36,775 nucleotides of DNA from an uncultured Candidatus Poseidoniales archaeon (GTDB taxonomy: Archaea; Thermoplasmatota; Poseidoniia; Poseidoniales; Thalassarchaeaceae), in the NCBI GenBank assembly GCA_964645485.1, contig CAZXZO010000012.1:1-36775 (forward strand). The letters are read 5' to 3'. A model generated the notes under the pieces. The model was not told where the DNA came from. It saw only the letters and a program-made list of their open reading frames with translations, and did not search any database. The position numbers and the translations under genes were made by a program. Positions 1-10,221 of the stretch are shown piece after piece (the stretch's first letter is position 1; each line of letters starts with the position of its first letter).

Positions 1-585
1 CTCGCACTGTTTGGACTTTGGCGAATTGAAAGCCGCCTAGATTCTGGTCGCACAATGATTGCACTGGCTTTACTCGCAACAGCAGGAATTGCTGGAAGAA
101 TTCTTCTTGAACCACTCCCTAACATCTCACCTGTCACAGTATTGGTTTTCCTCGCGGGCGCGCACTTTGGAGCACGTCACGGAATAGCATTAGCAACAAT
201 CATCACACTTGGGTCAAACGTTGTACTGGGTCACGGTTTGTGGACTCTTTACCAGGCTGTTGGTTGGTCAATGATTGCAGTAGCAGGCGCATGTCTCGCT
301 ACTTGGTTAATCGATGCACAGGGTAAACTCAACCTCAATCGATTGATGGTTTCAGGATTTACTCTTGGATTCGCATTTGATTGGTTCGTTTCACTGAGTG
401 TTCTACACACGCAACCGCTTTCCTACCTACCTGTATATCTGGCACAGGGCTTCGTTTACGATCTCGTCCACGCCTTTGGCAACCTTGCTTTCGCGGCGTG
501 GCTTGGTGTTCCAGTCAGTGAAATGTTGAAGCGCCATTACACAATCAAATTGGAGGCAGTAAAAAATGTCCCAGTCGTCGTCTGA
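1..585 (+). CDS. ECF-type transporter S component, possibly cobalamin/CbrT-like; probably 5'-truncated by the window edge
   Basis: The frame is open from base 1 (LALFGLWRIESRLDSGRT) into the listed ORF at 55. The protein is hydrophobic with about 6 TM segments and carries the S-component-like motif GRILLEPLPNISPVT and the late YDLVHAFGN segment. Confidence 0.7.
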   Translation, partial: LALFGLWRIESRLDSGRTMIALALLATAGIAGRILLEPLPNISPVTVLVFLAGAHFGARHGIALATIITLGSNVVLGHGLWTLYQAVGWSMIAVAGACLATWLIDAQGKLNLNRLMVSGFTLGFAFDWFVSLSVLHTQPLSYLPVYLAQGFVYDLVHAFGNLAFAAWLGVPVSEMLKRHYTIKLEAVKNVPVVV

Positions 586-937
586 ATTGACAATGGTTTT
601 CATTGCTCGTAAGGACCTCAAATTGTCCGCCGGCAAATTAGCCGCTCAGGTTGGACACGCTACCGCTGAATGTATCACTAAGGCTGAACGGAATGAGCCA
701 CGCATGCTTGACCGCTATATGCGGGTTGGACAGCGAAAGGTAGTCTGCCAAGCTGCAAATGAAGATGAGTTACGCCGACTCTTTGGGGAGGCGAAAAATG
801 CTGGAATAATTGCTTCTTTGATTACTGATGCAGGTCATACAGAGATTCCTGCTGGAACAGTTACTGTAGTGGGACTAGGTCCAAATGAGCGTGACAAAAT
901 TGATTCCATTACCGGTTCGCTTCCTTTACTCTCTTGA
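566..937 (+). CDS. pth2: Peptidyl-tRNA hydrolase Pth2 (archaeal/eukaryotic type)
   Basis: Motifs RKDLKLSAGKLAAQVGHA, KVV, DAGHTEIPAGTVTVVGLGP; about 123 aa. Overlaps the upstream CDS by 20 nt. Confidence 0.95.
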   Translation: MSQSSSELTMVFIARKDLKLSAGKLAAQVGHATAECITKAERNEPRMLDRYMRVGQRKVVCQAANEDELRRLFGEAKNAGIIASLITDAGHTEIPAGTVTVVGLGPNERDKIDSITGSLPLLS

Positions 938-975
938 GCGTTAGGCTCATGGGTGAGGGCTGTGCAGGACAATAC

Positions 976-2886
976 ATGGGCGAAAGGGTTCTTGATGCGG
1001 AACTCTCTGAGGAAGAGTCAGAAGTCCTAGATGCAGTTCTTGATATTGATAATGCTGACGCACGTCGTGAAAGGCGTCAATTGAACAGTGCTTTTGGTGC
1101 CACCATAGCATTCGTAATAGTCGCAATGCTGGTGAGCCACATATTTTCTCCTCCTTTAAAAAATGAAATAGATGATAATAATTCAAATTCATATCCACCA
1201 ATATGGGAACGATATTTAGAGGACTTTACTACGGATGATACACATTCATACATTTTACAAAACGGCACACTGACAGGTCCAGATGGAGCCAATATGTGGA
1301 GTGGTACGCATCATTTTGTTGAGTTTGATCTCCCATTGGATGAAGGCGGGGCTGCACCCAATGGAAAAGTCAGTTTGGCCGTTTGGATTCCAATGGTTCC
1401 CAATGGAACGACTGTCCCGGTTATCGCTGAATTTGGGCCTTATTTCGATGAGGCATCTGTGAGTACCCCTGGAATTGAGGAGGCGGGTACTTGGCTGGGT
1501 CAAATGATTATTGAACAAATCGTGCCACATGGGTTCGCTTTCGCGCAAGTATCGGTGATGGGTACGGGTCGTTCAAACCACTGTATGGACCTCATGGGCA
1601 ATGCCGAACAACTCGGTGTTGATGCTGCAGTTACTTGGTTAGGTACGCAAGAATGGAGTAATGGTAAGGTCGGAATGATTGGGAAGTCCTACGACGGTAG
1701 TACCCCTTGGCAGGGTGCGATGTTTGGAAATGAACACCTTGCAACAATCGTTCCTATTTCGGGACTGATTGGTGTTATGGAATTGATGTGGAGGAATGGC
1801 AGTAGTGAAGCCCGGGCTCCAATCATGCACAATGGAGTCTACGGAAGTTATGGATTGGATGGAGATTCGGAAGATCTGCAAAATGCATGTCCTGACTACA
1901 TCATCGGCCCGGGCACTGGGGTTGCAGCATACATGTGGGGTGGCGAGGCCGCAGGAAGTTACTGGTCTGAGCGATATTTCCTCGACCGGGTTCTGGACAA
2001 TTACAATGGAAGTGTGTATCTTATCCAGGGTATGCATGATTGGAACGTGGATCCGCATATGGCCGTCCCTACAATCAACCTACTCTACGATCATGGGATT
2101 GAGGCAAAGGGGCTGTTTGGACAGTGGGACCACGATTATCCCGATCGCCCGGATATCATGTTTGATAGAAGTGGCGTTGGTCGTGGCATTGAGGCCTATC
2201 CAGAGATGGTTCGAATGGACTGGATGCAAGATTTACTAGAATGGTTTTCTTACTACCTGAAGGATGAGGGAGCGAAACCGTGGCTGGGGGTTGAAATTCA
2301 ATCCAATCAAGGGGAGTGGCGTTTGGAAGAGCGGTATCCAATGACTGAGACTACTGAAATTTTGTGGGAATTGGGCAGCACTGAACTTGCTGCAGCAGGT
2401 GGTTCAAACACCATTCTCCCTGATGCGAATACGGGTCCCGTTTACGAAACTCCACCGTTGGAAGAGGACCTGTACTTTGGCGGTTTACCTAGACTTCATG
2501 TCAACGTGAATACCATGACGGTGGGTGGGCAAATTTACGCTCTGTTGGAGGACTGTGATGGTACAACTTGCATTCACATAGGTCATGCTATCATGGATTT
2601 GAGATATCACGCAGGGGGTTCGGATGAGCAAGCTTGGGCTGCTCCGTTTGAAGAAATTACTGCTTTGATGGAGTTTTTCCCAATGGATGTTGAAGTTCGT
2701 GCGGGGCACACGATTCGTCTTTCGTTAGTAAGTACTGGAGAAGATTACCTTCCCTCATCAGCCTCATCAATTGTTACTGTGAATAATGCTGGTTCCACAC
2801 TTCAATTAGATTTATTCGATCCCCAAACTAGACAATATTATCAAGTGCCAGAATGTACTCATCCTATTTGTTTGGAAAATCAGTAG
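976..2886 (+). CDS. Membrane-anchored CocE/NonD (peptidase S15, X-Pro dipeptidyl-peptidase-like) serine hydrolase
   Basis: Nucleophile elbow GKSYDG, acid GMHDWNVDP, His in GQWDH, and VSVMGTGRSNHC and NGKVGMIG segments, plus a C-terminal jelly-roll-type region. One N-terminal TM helix. Start is uncertain (TTG 934, ATG 949 or ATG 976). Confidence 0.85.
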   Translation: MGERVLDAELSEEESEVLDAVLDIDNADARRERRQLNSAFGATIAFVIVAMLVSHIFSPPLKNEIDDNNSNSYPPIWERYLEDFTTDDTHSYILQNGTLTGPDGANMWSGTHHFVEFDLPLDEGGAAPNGKVSLAVWIPMVPNGTTVPVIAEFGPYFDEASVSTPGIEEAGTWLGQMIIEQIVPHGFAFAQVSVMGTGRSNHCMDLMGNAEQLGVDAAVTWLGTQEWSNGKVGMIGKSYDGSTPWQGAMFGNEHLATIVPISGLIGVMELMWRNGSSEARAPIMHNGVYGSYGLDGDSEDLQNACPDYIIGPGTGVAAYMWGGEAAGSYWSERYFLDRVLDNYNGSVYLIQGMHDWNVDPHMAVPTINLLYDHGIEAKGLFGQWDHDYPDRPDIMFDRSGVGRGIEAYPEMVRMDWMQDLLEWFSYYLKDEGAKPWLGVEIQSNQGEWRLEERYPMTETTEILWELGSTELAAAGGSNTILPDANTGPVYETPPLEEDLYFGGLPRLHVNVNTMTVGGQIYALLEDCDGTTCIHIGHAIMDLRYHAGGSDEQAWAAPFEEITALMEFFPMDVEVRAGHTIRLSLVSTGEDYLPSSASSIVTVNNAGSTLQLDLFDPQTRQYYQVPECTHPICLENQ

Positions 2887-2942
2887 TTTATTGACAACTT
2901 ATCTTCCGTAAGATTAACCATTAGCACATCATAGCCCACGGT

Positions 2943-4010
2943 ATGGGAGATATTCCGATCATAGATCCTGATATTACTATGGCGAGTACCCTACCTTCTA
3001 AATATTATACAGAACCTACTGTTTTTGACCAAATAATTGGTAAATTTGGTAATCATTGGCACTTTGCTGTGCATAAAAATCAACTAGATAGATTGAATGT
3101 AATGCCTTTGAATGATTTTGAAAACCTCACAAAAGAACCATTGGTAATCACAAATGATGGTACTAATCTAAGCTGTCTTTCAAACGTATGCACCCACCGG
3201 GGGATGATTATTACGAACGAACCCTGTTCGTCTAATTTTTTGAAATGTCCATATCATGGGCGCACCTTTGATCTAAATGGTAAATTTACAAATATGCCTG
3301 AATTTGGTATGGTCGAAAACTTCCCAACAATGGACGACAACCTTGCAGAGTACCCTCTTGAAATGTGGAATGGATTATTATTTACAACATTGAAAGCAAC
3401 CTCTTTTCAAGATTGGATTTCTCCATTGCAAGATAGGATTGGATGGCTTCCAATTAATGATTTCATATATGATAAATCACGCGATAGGAGTTACGAGATA
3501 GAAGCTAATTGGGCTCTGTATGTTGATAATTATCTTGAAGGTTTTCACATACCTTACGTACACAATGATCTTCACGGCGTATTGGATTATGACGACTATA
3601 GGACAGAAATTTTCGAAGGCGGCGTACTTCAAATCGGAATCGCACGTGAAGGTGAGCCCTGCTTTGATTTACCAGAGTCTTCACCTGATTATGGTCAAGA
3701 AATCGCAGCCTATTATTACTGGATTTTTCCCGGATTAATGCTGAATTTTTATCCTTGGGGACTTTCAGTAAATATTGTTTCACCAATTTCAGTCAACCGG
3801 ACAAAAATAACCTACCACGGTTATGTTTGGGATGAAGAAAAACTTGGCAAAGGCGCGGGTGGAGATCTTGACAAAGTTGAGATGGAAGACCAGTTCATTG
3901 TTGAGGCAACTCAACGTGGGGTTTCATCTCGTGCTTATGAGCGTGGTAGATATTCGCCCACTCGTGAAATGGGTGTACATCATTTTCATCGTATTTTGAC
4001 ATCTCAATAA
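2943..4010 (+). CDS. Rieske non-heme iron oxygenase alpha subunit, choline/carnitine monooxygenase-like
   Basis: Rieske motif CTHRG-x-CPYHG, mononuclear Fe motif DNYLEGFHIPYVH, distal EDQ, and a C-terminal GRYSPTREMGVHHFH. Confidence 0.9.
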   Translation: MGDIPIIDPDITMASTLPSKYYTEPTVFDQIIGKFGNHWHFAVHKNQLDRLNVMPLNDFENLTKEPLVITNDGTNLSCLSNVCTHRGMIITNEPCSSNFLKCPYHGRTFDLNGKFTNMPEFGMVENFPTMDDNLAEYPLEMWNGLLFTTLKATSFQDWISPLQDRIGWLPINDFIYDKSRDRSYEIEANWALYVDNYLEGFHIPYVHNDLHGVLDYDDYRTEIFEGGVLQIGIAREGEPCFDLPESSPDYGQEIAAYYYWIFPGLMLNFYPWGLSVNIVSPISVNRTKITYHGYVWDEEKLGKGAGGDLDKVEMEDQFIVEATQRGVSSRAYERGRYSPTREMGVHHFHRILTSQ

Positions 4011-4087
4011 TAGAATATATTGTTGTGTATCAACCCTCTATCTATTGGTCAAAATAAATTATATTTTCACACGGTTGCAAACAATTG

Positions 4088-4096
4088 CTTAAAGGC
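4088..4096 (+). promoter_or_regulatory. Putative TATA-like box (CTTAAAGGC) about 28 nt upstream of the ABC ATPase ATG
   Basis: The spacing fits an archaeal leaderless transcript. The identical 9-mer recurs at 16406-16414 and a similar CTTAAGG lies at 31211. Confidence 0.45.
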
Positions 4097-4116
4097 GACA
4101 CTATTGGCGGAAGACT

Positions 4117-4839
4117 ATGCTTCGTGTGGACGAACTGACCAAGGGGTTCGGTTCTGGCTCAAATCGTCTTGAAGTCCTCAAGGGCATCAATATGGGGATT
4201 AAACCTGGTGAACTTGTAGCCCTGATGGGCCCATCTGGTTGTGGTAAATCTACTCTACTGAATATTATTGGCGGATTATTACCTGCTGATGCTGGTAAAA
4301 TCAATCTTCATTCACGTTCATATGGGCTCAAGAATCCTTCCTCAGTGGTTGATGTTCGTCGAAATCTTGTTGGATGGATATTCCAAGATTTCCATCTACT
4401 CGAGCACCTCTCTGCTCTTGACAATGTAGCCATGGCATTGGAGATATCTGGTGTCCCTTCCAAGGAAGCTGAAGAACGAGCCCGACTTGCTCTTTCTAAA
4501 GTAGATCTCAGTGACCGCATGGACCACATTCCCGACCAACTCTCAGGTGGTCAACAGCAGCGTGTAGCCATCGCTCGTGCGATTGCTGGCAATCGCCCAT
4601 TGCTGCTCGCTGACGAACCCACAGGAAATCTCGACATTGCTTCTGGAGCAGATATGCTTCGATTGTTCAAGTCTCTTTGTCATGATGAAGAAAATCCAAT
4701 TTCAATCTTGATGGTAACTCACGACCCGGATTTGGCCAGTCAAGCCGACAGGATGCTTCTACTCCGTGATGGTACGGTCGCATCCAGCGACATTCGCTCT
4801 GCTTGGGGTCTTGATGAAGAAGGAGGTGAAGAAGAATGA
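4117..4839 (+). CDS. ABC transporter ATP-binding protein (LolD/MacB family)
   Basis: Walker A GPSGCGKS, Q-loop FQD, signature LSGGQQQR, Walker B LLADEPTG, H-loop VTH. Confidence 0.95.
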   Translation: MLRVDELTKGFGSGSNRLEVLKGINMGIKPGELVALMGPSGCGKSTLLNIIGGLLPADAGKINLHSRSYGLKNPSSVVDVRRNLVGWIFQDFHLLEHLSALDNVAMALEISGVPSKEAEERARLALSKVDLSDRMDHIPDQLSGGQQQRVAIARAIAGNRPLLLADEPTGNLDIASGADMLRLFKSLCHDEENPISILMVTHDPDLASQADRMLLLRDGTVASSDIRSAWGLDEEGGEEE

Positions 4840-7800
4840 GTGATACTGAAACCGATGTTCCTGAACAGGGCTCCAAGCCAGCTTGGTGGATTGTCAATAA
4901 ATTCAAGGGAATGCGTCAGAAGACTCGAGACCTACCCGACAATTTGCGATTGGCAGCATTAGGTGCTTGGCGAGGCCGAGAACGTGGCATGGCCGTCTTT
5001 GCAGGCGTATTCCTCTCTAGTTTGGTGATTACCACAGTATTGGCTTACGGCGTTGGATTATCGCAAGTCTTCTTTGAGGGTTTCCTCGAAATCAATGTAT
5101 TTGATGCCAAGGTTGAATTCAACGATGAGCCCAACTACGATGACCTCGATGGATGGAGCAACAACACCTTACAATTGTTAGAGGTCTGTGATGAATTCAC
5201 TGCGATGGAGGAATTTACAGATTGTACGGTCGTCATGGGCAAGAAAGGCCTGCATAGTCCGCTTGATTGGGGTAATGAGAACGTGCGGGGAGCGGTCCCG
5301 TTAATGATAGGGGGAGTCAATTCTTCTGATTCTGAACGGACCTGGGATGCCAATGGAATATGGGATTATGAATACACTACGGGACCACCTGTGGCCAATA
5401 CTCGCGCCATTGCATTGCTTGGTCCGGGTGCCTTTGACGGTGTGATTGCGGATCGTATTTCAGAGAACATCATCTACGAAAAAGGCGAATGGAAATCAGC
5501 TGCCGATGTTGAGTCCGAACGTGGCGTGTACATTCCTTCGGACATTGCTAGTCTTGCCAATGCTGAAGTTGGCGATAATTTGTCGAGTTTGAATTTCACA
5601 TATTCCTCAGAAACAGCATATGTAGATAGTGAGATGGAGGAAGAAGACTGTGATGGTGAAATTTTGATTATCGCTGAGGCGGGGTTCATGCATTGTCAAA
5701 ACACGATTACAATCGAGAATTTGACCATTCTCGGAATCTACGAACCGTGGCCACAAAGCAATCCAACTCTGGCTGCTAATCCAATTTACACAACCTGGAC
5801 TGTACTCAATGAAAGTCAACGCACCGCTCTCATCGATAACGACCACATCTATCTCGGCTTGACCCTTGATCGTTCTTTACTGCCAACAACATCGACCGCA
5901 GATGCGGCAGATTGGTTGGAAGATTTGGGCCGTTTAGTGATGTTTGAAGAGGATACCAATGGTGAACGTGTGAATCGTGCCTATGGAAGTGGTGAGGTTG
6001 AAGTATACTACATCGACATAATCAGCGGTACAATTCTGTTCCTCAACATCTTCCTTGGTCTAATCCAAGCATTCGATTACGTCATCATGATTCCAATTGT
6101 GTTTCTTTCTCTATCGGTTCTTGTCTACGGGTTGATTTTATCCTTGGAACAACGCAGACGTGAAATTTCCATTCATCGAGTTATCGGTGCGACCTCAAAG
6201 GGTTTGCGTGGGATGGTCCTGCTCGAACTTTCAGTCATTGCCAGCGTTGCTTGGTTCCTAGGATATCTCTCAGCGATGGCCGCGGTTCCAGCGGTATTGG
6301 CAAGTGTTGGTTTCATGCAGTTTGAACCACTTGGATTCGCCGTCAATCCGAGGTTGAGTATTGGTGCTACAATCTTCACGGCGATGGCGACAATGGGTCT
6401 TGCCCTCATCTTTGGACGAAGTCGTACCAAAGATTTCATGGAACTTGAGATCGATGAGGGCGTCAGTAAAGTGCAGAAAGTGGCCAAACCGAGAGTTTGG
6501 TTACACTGGGTACTGTTCTTGGTTGGTTCCCTCGGTGCCATCGATACTTGGATGGAGATGAATGGCAGTGAAGATGGCCTGATTGCCAATTGGTTCCTAG
6601 AGGGTCTGATCAATGTCTTCGGGCCCTTCATGCTGTGGATTGGAGGTGCATTGCTCCTAGGTCGAGTGGGTGCCGCTGGCCCTCGCATCATGCAGTTCTT
6701 CTTCGGTCGAACACCACTACTTTCCGATGTCAAGCGTGGTCTGAAAGGCAGTGGCTCGGCCGAATCGGTCAATCGATTGGCCGTGATTATGCTACTCACT
6801 TTGTCCATTGTGACATTGGCTGCTGTACAAGGGTATACCGGGACACTCGTTGATGAGAGAACCGCCGATGTATCTGTCGGTAGTGATCTTCAGGTCGTCA
6901 TGGGTCAAGATAGCACAGCGGCTGAAGTTGAAGCTGCAATCACAGAAATTAGTGGACGTGATGGGACAGTTACCGCGGTTCATGTCCCTCAATTGAGTTT
7001 GATACCTGAAGATGGTGAAGGCATGAGTGCTTACGTTCTACTGGACGAAAGTGCCGATGTTCTTCGTTGGTTCCCACAGGCTATTCCCGGTGATGATGTC
7101 ACAGCGGCGATGGATGCATACCAGAATGGTGGATTCAGCGCTGGAGAAGATGCAGCCTACAATTTGGATCTTTGGGGCTCATACAGAGGTGGGAGTTCCG
7201 ATGGCGGCGACATCCTGCTTGAGCCGGACAATGAAAATACGAAGACCATCAATTTCACATGGGAAGAAAAAACCTTCAATTTATCATCGATGACCTTGGT
7301 AACAACACCGCATAACACGGCACTGCGATATATTGGCACCCACAAATTCATTCCTGGCGTCGATACTAGCGAAATGGAGGCTAGCGTCATCATCGGTGAA
7401 TCTGGTTATCGTGATTTAATGGGCGATACACGGGTGGATAACTTGGCCGCGACCACTTGGATTGTCAGTATTGATGGTGTGAGTGGTGAGGATTTGAAGG
7501 CCCTCCGAATCAGCCTAGAGGCCGACTCGCGATTTGACAGTGCACAAGATTGGGAAACTGCGCACGACGACGTAGAACGAAACGGGGGCCTCATCTTTGG
7601 TACACCTGGTCTGTTGACATTGCAATTCATCGTAGCGAGTGTCGCAGCGGTGGCCTCTGCGTTCGTATTCCTTTCACTGGTCCTAACCCAGCGTCAGAAA
7701 GAGTTGGCCGTTCTGCAAGCGATTGGTGCCAGCCCCAATCAAATCATCCGCTTGGTATTGTTCGAGATTCTCTCAATCATCGTCGTCTCAATGGCATTGG

Positions 7801-8039
7801 GTATGCTACTGGGTATGGGTCTCGCCCTGTCTTTCAATGGTCTGTTCAATGTCTTTGGCTTCATTTTCCAATTGTTCATCGGTGGTGATTCTTCGATCAT
7901 CAGTCGTGAATTGGTTTGGCCGTGGCTCGAACTAGGTCTTGTCGCCGTCGCTGTGTTTGCCGCGGTTGTCATTGCATTGCTGTTTACCACGCGCAAGGCT
8001 CTGCGTTCGGATCTCGCAAGCGTTCTCAAGGGGGAGTGA
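4836..8039 (+). CDS. FtsX/MacB-type ABC permease; two FtsX modules and two large acidic extracytoplasmic domains
   Basis: Duplicated FtsX motifs EQRRREISIHRVIGAT and TQRQKELAVLQAIGAS, with TM bundles flanking the soluble domains. ATGA overlap with the upstream ATPase. Confidence 0.9.
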   Translation: MSDTETDVPEQGSKPAWWIVNKFKGMRQKTRDLPDNLRLAALGAWRGRERGMAVFAGVFLSSLVITTVLAYGVGLSQVFFEGFLEINVFDAKVEFNDEPNYDDLDGWSNNTLQLLEVCDEFTAMEEFTDCTVVMGKKGLHSPLDWGNENVRGAVPLMIGGVNSSDSERTWDANGIWDYEYTTGPPVANTRAIALLGPGAFDGVIADRISENIIYEKGEWKSAADVESERGVYIPSDIASLANAEVGDNLSSLNFTYSSETAYVDSEMEEEDCDGEILIIAEAGFMHCQNTITIENLTILGIYEPWPQSNPTLAANPIYTTWTVLNESQRTALIDNDHIYLGLTLDRSLLPTTSTADAADWLEDLGRLVMFEEDTNGERVNRAYGSGEVEVYYIDIISGTILFLNIFLGLIQAFDYVIMIPIVFLSLSVLVYGLILSLEQRRREISIHRVIGATSKGLRGMVLLELSVIASVAWFLGYLSAMAAVPAVLASVGFMQFEPLGFAVNPRLSIGATIFTAMATMGLALIFGRSRTKDFMELEIDEGVSKVQKVAKPRVWLHWVLFLVGSLGAIDTWMEMNGSEDGLIANWFLEGLINVFGPFMLWIGGALLLGRVGAAGPRIMQFFFGRTPLLSDVKRGLKGSGSAESVNRLAVIMLLTLSIVTLAAVQGYTGTLVDERTADVSVGSDLQVVMGQDSTAAEVEAAITEISGRDGTVTAVHVPQLSLIPEDGEGMSAYVLLDESADVLRWFPQAIPGDDVTAAMDAYQNGGFSAGEDAAYNLDLWGSYRGGSSDGGDILLEPDNENTKTINFTWEEKTFNLSSMTLVTTPHNTALRYIGTHKFIPGVDTSEMEASVIIGESGYRDLMGDTRVDNLAATTWIVSIDGVSGEDLKALRISLEADSRFDSAQDWETAHDDVERNGGLIFGTPGLLTLQFIVASVAAVASAFVFLSLVLTQRQKELAVLQAIGASPNQIIRLVLFEILSIIVVSMALGMLLGMGLALSFNGLFNVFGFIFQLFIGGDSSIISRELVWPWLELGLVAVAVFAAVVIALLFTTRKALRSDLASVLKGE

Positions 8040-8041
8040 AT

Positions 8042-9034
8042 ATGTCGGGAGATGAACAAACAATCCTTGAGGCAAACTCGCTGTATCACGTCTATGAATC
8101 TAAGGCTGAAGACGGCAATGTAGTCGCATTACGTGGACTCCATGTTAAGGTCAAAACTGGGGAGGCGGTGGCTGTAGTTGGGCCCTCTGGCTCAGGGAAA
8201 TCTACTCTTCTGAAGTGCTTGGGTGGTCTAATGAAGCCGAGTGCGGGTAATGTCTCTTTACAGGGTCAGAACATGACACGTTTGACCGGACAGGAACTAG
8301 TCTTGCTTCGTCAGAAGACAATATCATTCATCTTCCAAGAGGGGAATCTACTACCCAATCTCTCAGCGGTTGACAATGTCGCACAGCCACTACGTCACCA
8401 GAATGTATCTCCTAAGGAGGCTAAGCGACGCGCCTTGGATTTGTTAACAGAATTAGGTATGGGGCACCGTGCCAAGGGCCTACCATCAATGCTCTCTGGT
8501 GGTGAACAGCAGCGCGTATCCATTGCTCGTGCATTAATTACTAATCCAAGTTTGATTTTAGCAGATGAACCCACTGGTGCATTAGATCCAATCACTAGTC
8601 GAGAAGTGCTTGCTCTGTTCAAAGAGCTTCACGAACAGAAAGGTGTATCTTTCCTCATTGTCACACACAGTGCTGAAGTGGCTGATTTCTGTAATCGCAG
8701 TCTTGAGTTACGAGATGGGCGCTTTGTTGCTCAACATGGTGAAGATTTAGAAGTCACTGACTTGGCAACATCTAGGGAACTTATCGTTGATGACATCGGA
8801 ACGGTTGCATTCCCACCTGACATCCTTCTACAGATGGGTGGTTCTGGGCGATATGAAGTGGAAGAAGTAGGTGGTGGTCGTCTTGTCTTGGTTTCTGCTG
8901 AGCAAGAAGAATCGCTTATCGTTGGAGGTAAAACACTGGCTATTAGTTGTCCTGCTTGTAATCACAAGTATGCTGATGGTAAGATACAACGTTGTCCAGA
9001 TTGTGGCTCAAGTCGTCCCATGACGAAAGAATAA
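8042..9034 (+). CDS. ABC transporter ATP-binding protein (LolD/MacB family) with C-terminal AbrB-like segment and Zn ribbon
   Basis: [30 protein letters not shown], and a C-terminal CPAC-x12-CPDC. ATG at 8042 lies 2 nt after the permease stop; the ORF-track start at 7916 overlaps the permease and is unlikely. Confidence 0.9.
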   Translation: MSGDEQTILEANSLYHVYESKAEDGNVVALRGLHVKVKTGEAVAVVGPSGSGKSTLLKCLGGLMKPSAGNVSLQGQNMTRLTGQELVLLRQKTISFIFQEGNLLPNLSAVDNVAQPLRHQNVSPKEAKRRALDLLTELGMGHRAKGLPSMLSGGEQQRVSIARALITNPSLILADEPTGALDPITSREVLALFKELHEQKGVSFLIVTHSAEVADFCNRSLELRDGRFVAQHGEDLEVTDLATSRELIVDDIGTVAFPPDILLQMGGSGRYEVEEVGGGRLVLVSAEQEESLIVGGKTLAISCPACNHKYADGKIQRCPDCGSSRPMTKE

Positions 9035-9050
9035 TTCAAGCGCACTCGCT

Positions 9051-10127
9051 ATGAACAATGACCACACCCCAAGTTCAATGCGCGAGTACTCAACTGACCG
9101 AATTGACCTCCGTTCGGATACGGTCACGCAACCTACAGCGGCAATGCGGGAAACAATTTCCACAGCCCCTGTTGGAGATGATGTTCTTGGTGATGACCCG
9201 ACAGTCAAGGCATTGGAAGCACTTGCTGCTGAAATGCTTGGAAAGGAGGCTGCGCTTTACGTATCGTCAGGAACTATGGCAAATGCAGTAGCAGTGAGGG
9301 CACACACAAATCCAGGTGATGAGATAGTTTTGGAGACAGATAGTCACATTTACACCTACGAAGGTGGAGGTTATGCAGCGCTTTGTGGATGTTCGGTGGC
9401 ACGGGTAAGTGGCCCTTCTGGGATAATTTCTGCAGCAGATGTTGGGGGTGCGATTCGCAAGTCAGAGGGCTCACAAGGTCACTATCCAAACGCTACTCTA
9501 GTGTGCATAGAGAATACCTCAAACCGTGGTGGTGGTTCTTGTTACCCTGTCGAAGTGATTGACGAGATTTGTGAAGTTGCTAAGGCCCGGGGATGTGCCG
9601 TTCACATGGATGGCGCTCGTTTGTTCAATGCCGCGGTTGCTAGCGGAATTTCAGCAGCGCGGTTGGTAGAGAATTGTGATTCAGTCTCTATTTGTTTGTC
9701 AAAAGGTTTGGGTGCGCCGGTTGGTTCTCTTATTGTAGGGAGTTCAGATTTTATTGCTCAAGCACATCGATGGAGGAAGATGTTTGGTGGCGGTATGAGA
9801 CAAGCCGGAATTATCGCAGCAGCGGGGATATACGCGCTGGAAAATAATGTTGAGCGGCTTGCGGAGGATCATGCAAGGGCACGAAGATTTGGTGAGGCTG
9901 TGAACAAAATGGATGGATTTAGTGTTGATTTATCCGCAGTTCAAACAAACATGGCCTATGTCACATTGGCTGATGGCCAAGACGCAAAACAGGCTGTTAA
10001 AGAGTTGGCAGGCCAAGGCGTAGATTTGTTTGATATTTCACCCACTTCATTACGAGCAGTGTTTCATCTACATGTTACTGACGAGGATGTTGATGCGGCA
10101 ATCAATGCCTTTGCTCATATCAGTTGA
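9051..10127 (+). CDS. ltaE: Low-specificity L-threonine aldolase (PLP-dependent)
   Basis: [41 protein letters not shown], and PLP lysine in [14 protein letters not shown]. Alternative start at 9078. Confidence 0.93.
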   Translation: MNNDHTPSSMREYSTDRIDLRSDTVTQPTAAMRETISTAPVGDDVLGDDPTVKALEALAAEMLGKEAALYVSSGTMANAVAVRAHTNPGDEIVLETDSHIYTYEGGGYAALCGCSVARVSGPSGIISAADVGGAIRKSEGSQGHYPNATLVCIENTSNRGGGSCYPVEVIDEICEVAKARGCAVHMDGARLFNAAVASGISAARLVENCDSVSICLSKGLGAPVGSLIVGSSDFIAQAHRWRKMFGGGMRQAGIIAAAGIYALENNVERLAEDHARARRFGEAVNKMDGFSVDLSAVQTNMAYVTLADGQDAKQAVKELAGQGVDLFDISPTSLRAVFHLHVTDEDVDAAINAFAHIS

Positions 10128-10221
10128 GTAACGTAGAGTGAAGGAAATTTATTCCACTTCAATCTAATGAGAATTGATGACAATCATTCATTGATATAGG
10201 GTCATATGTACTTGAGAACCA

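Noticed and set aside
1-54. CTCGCACTGT resembles part of a cobalamin riboswitch upstream of an ECF gene
   Set aside because: The segment is an open, in-frame, hydrophobic continuation of the CDS, and the other riboswitch motifs are absent.
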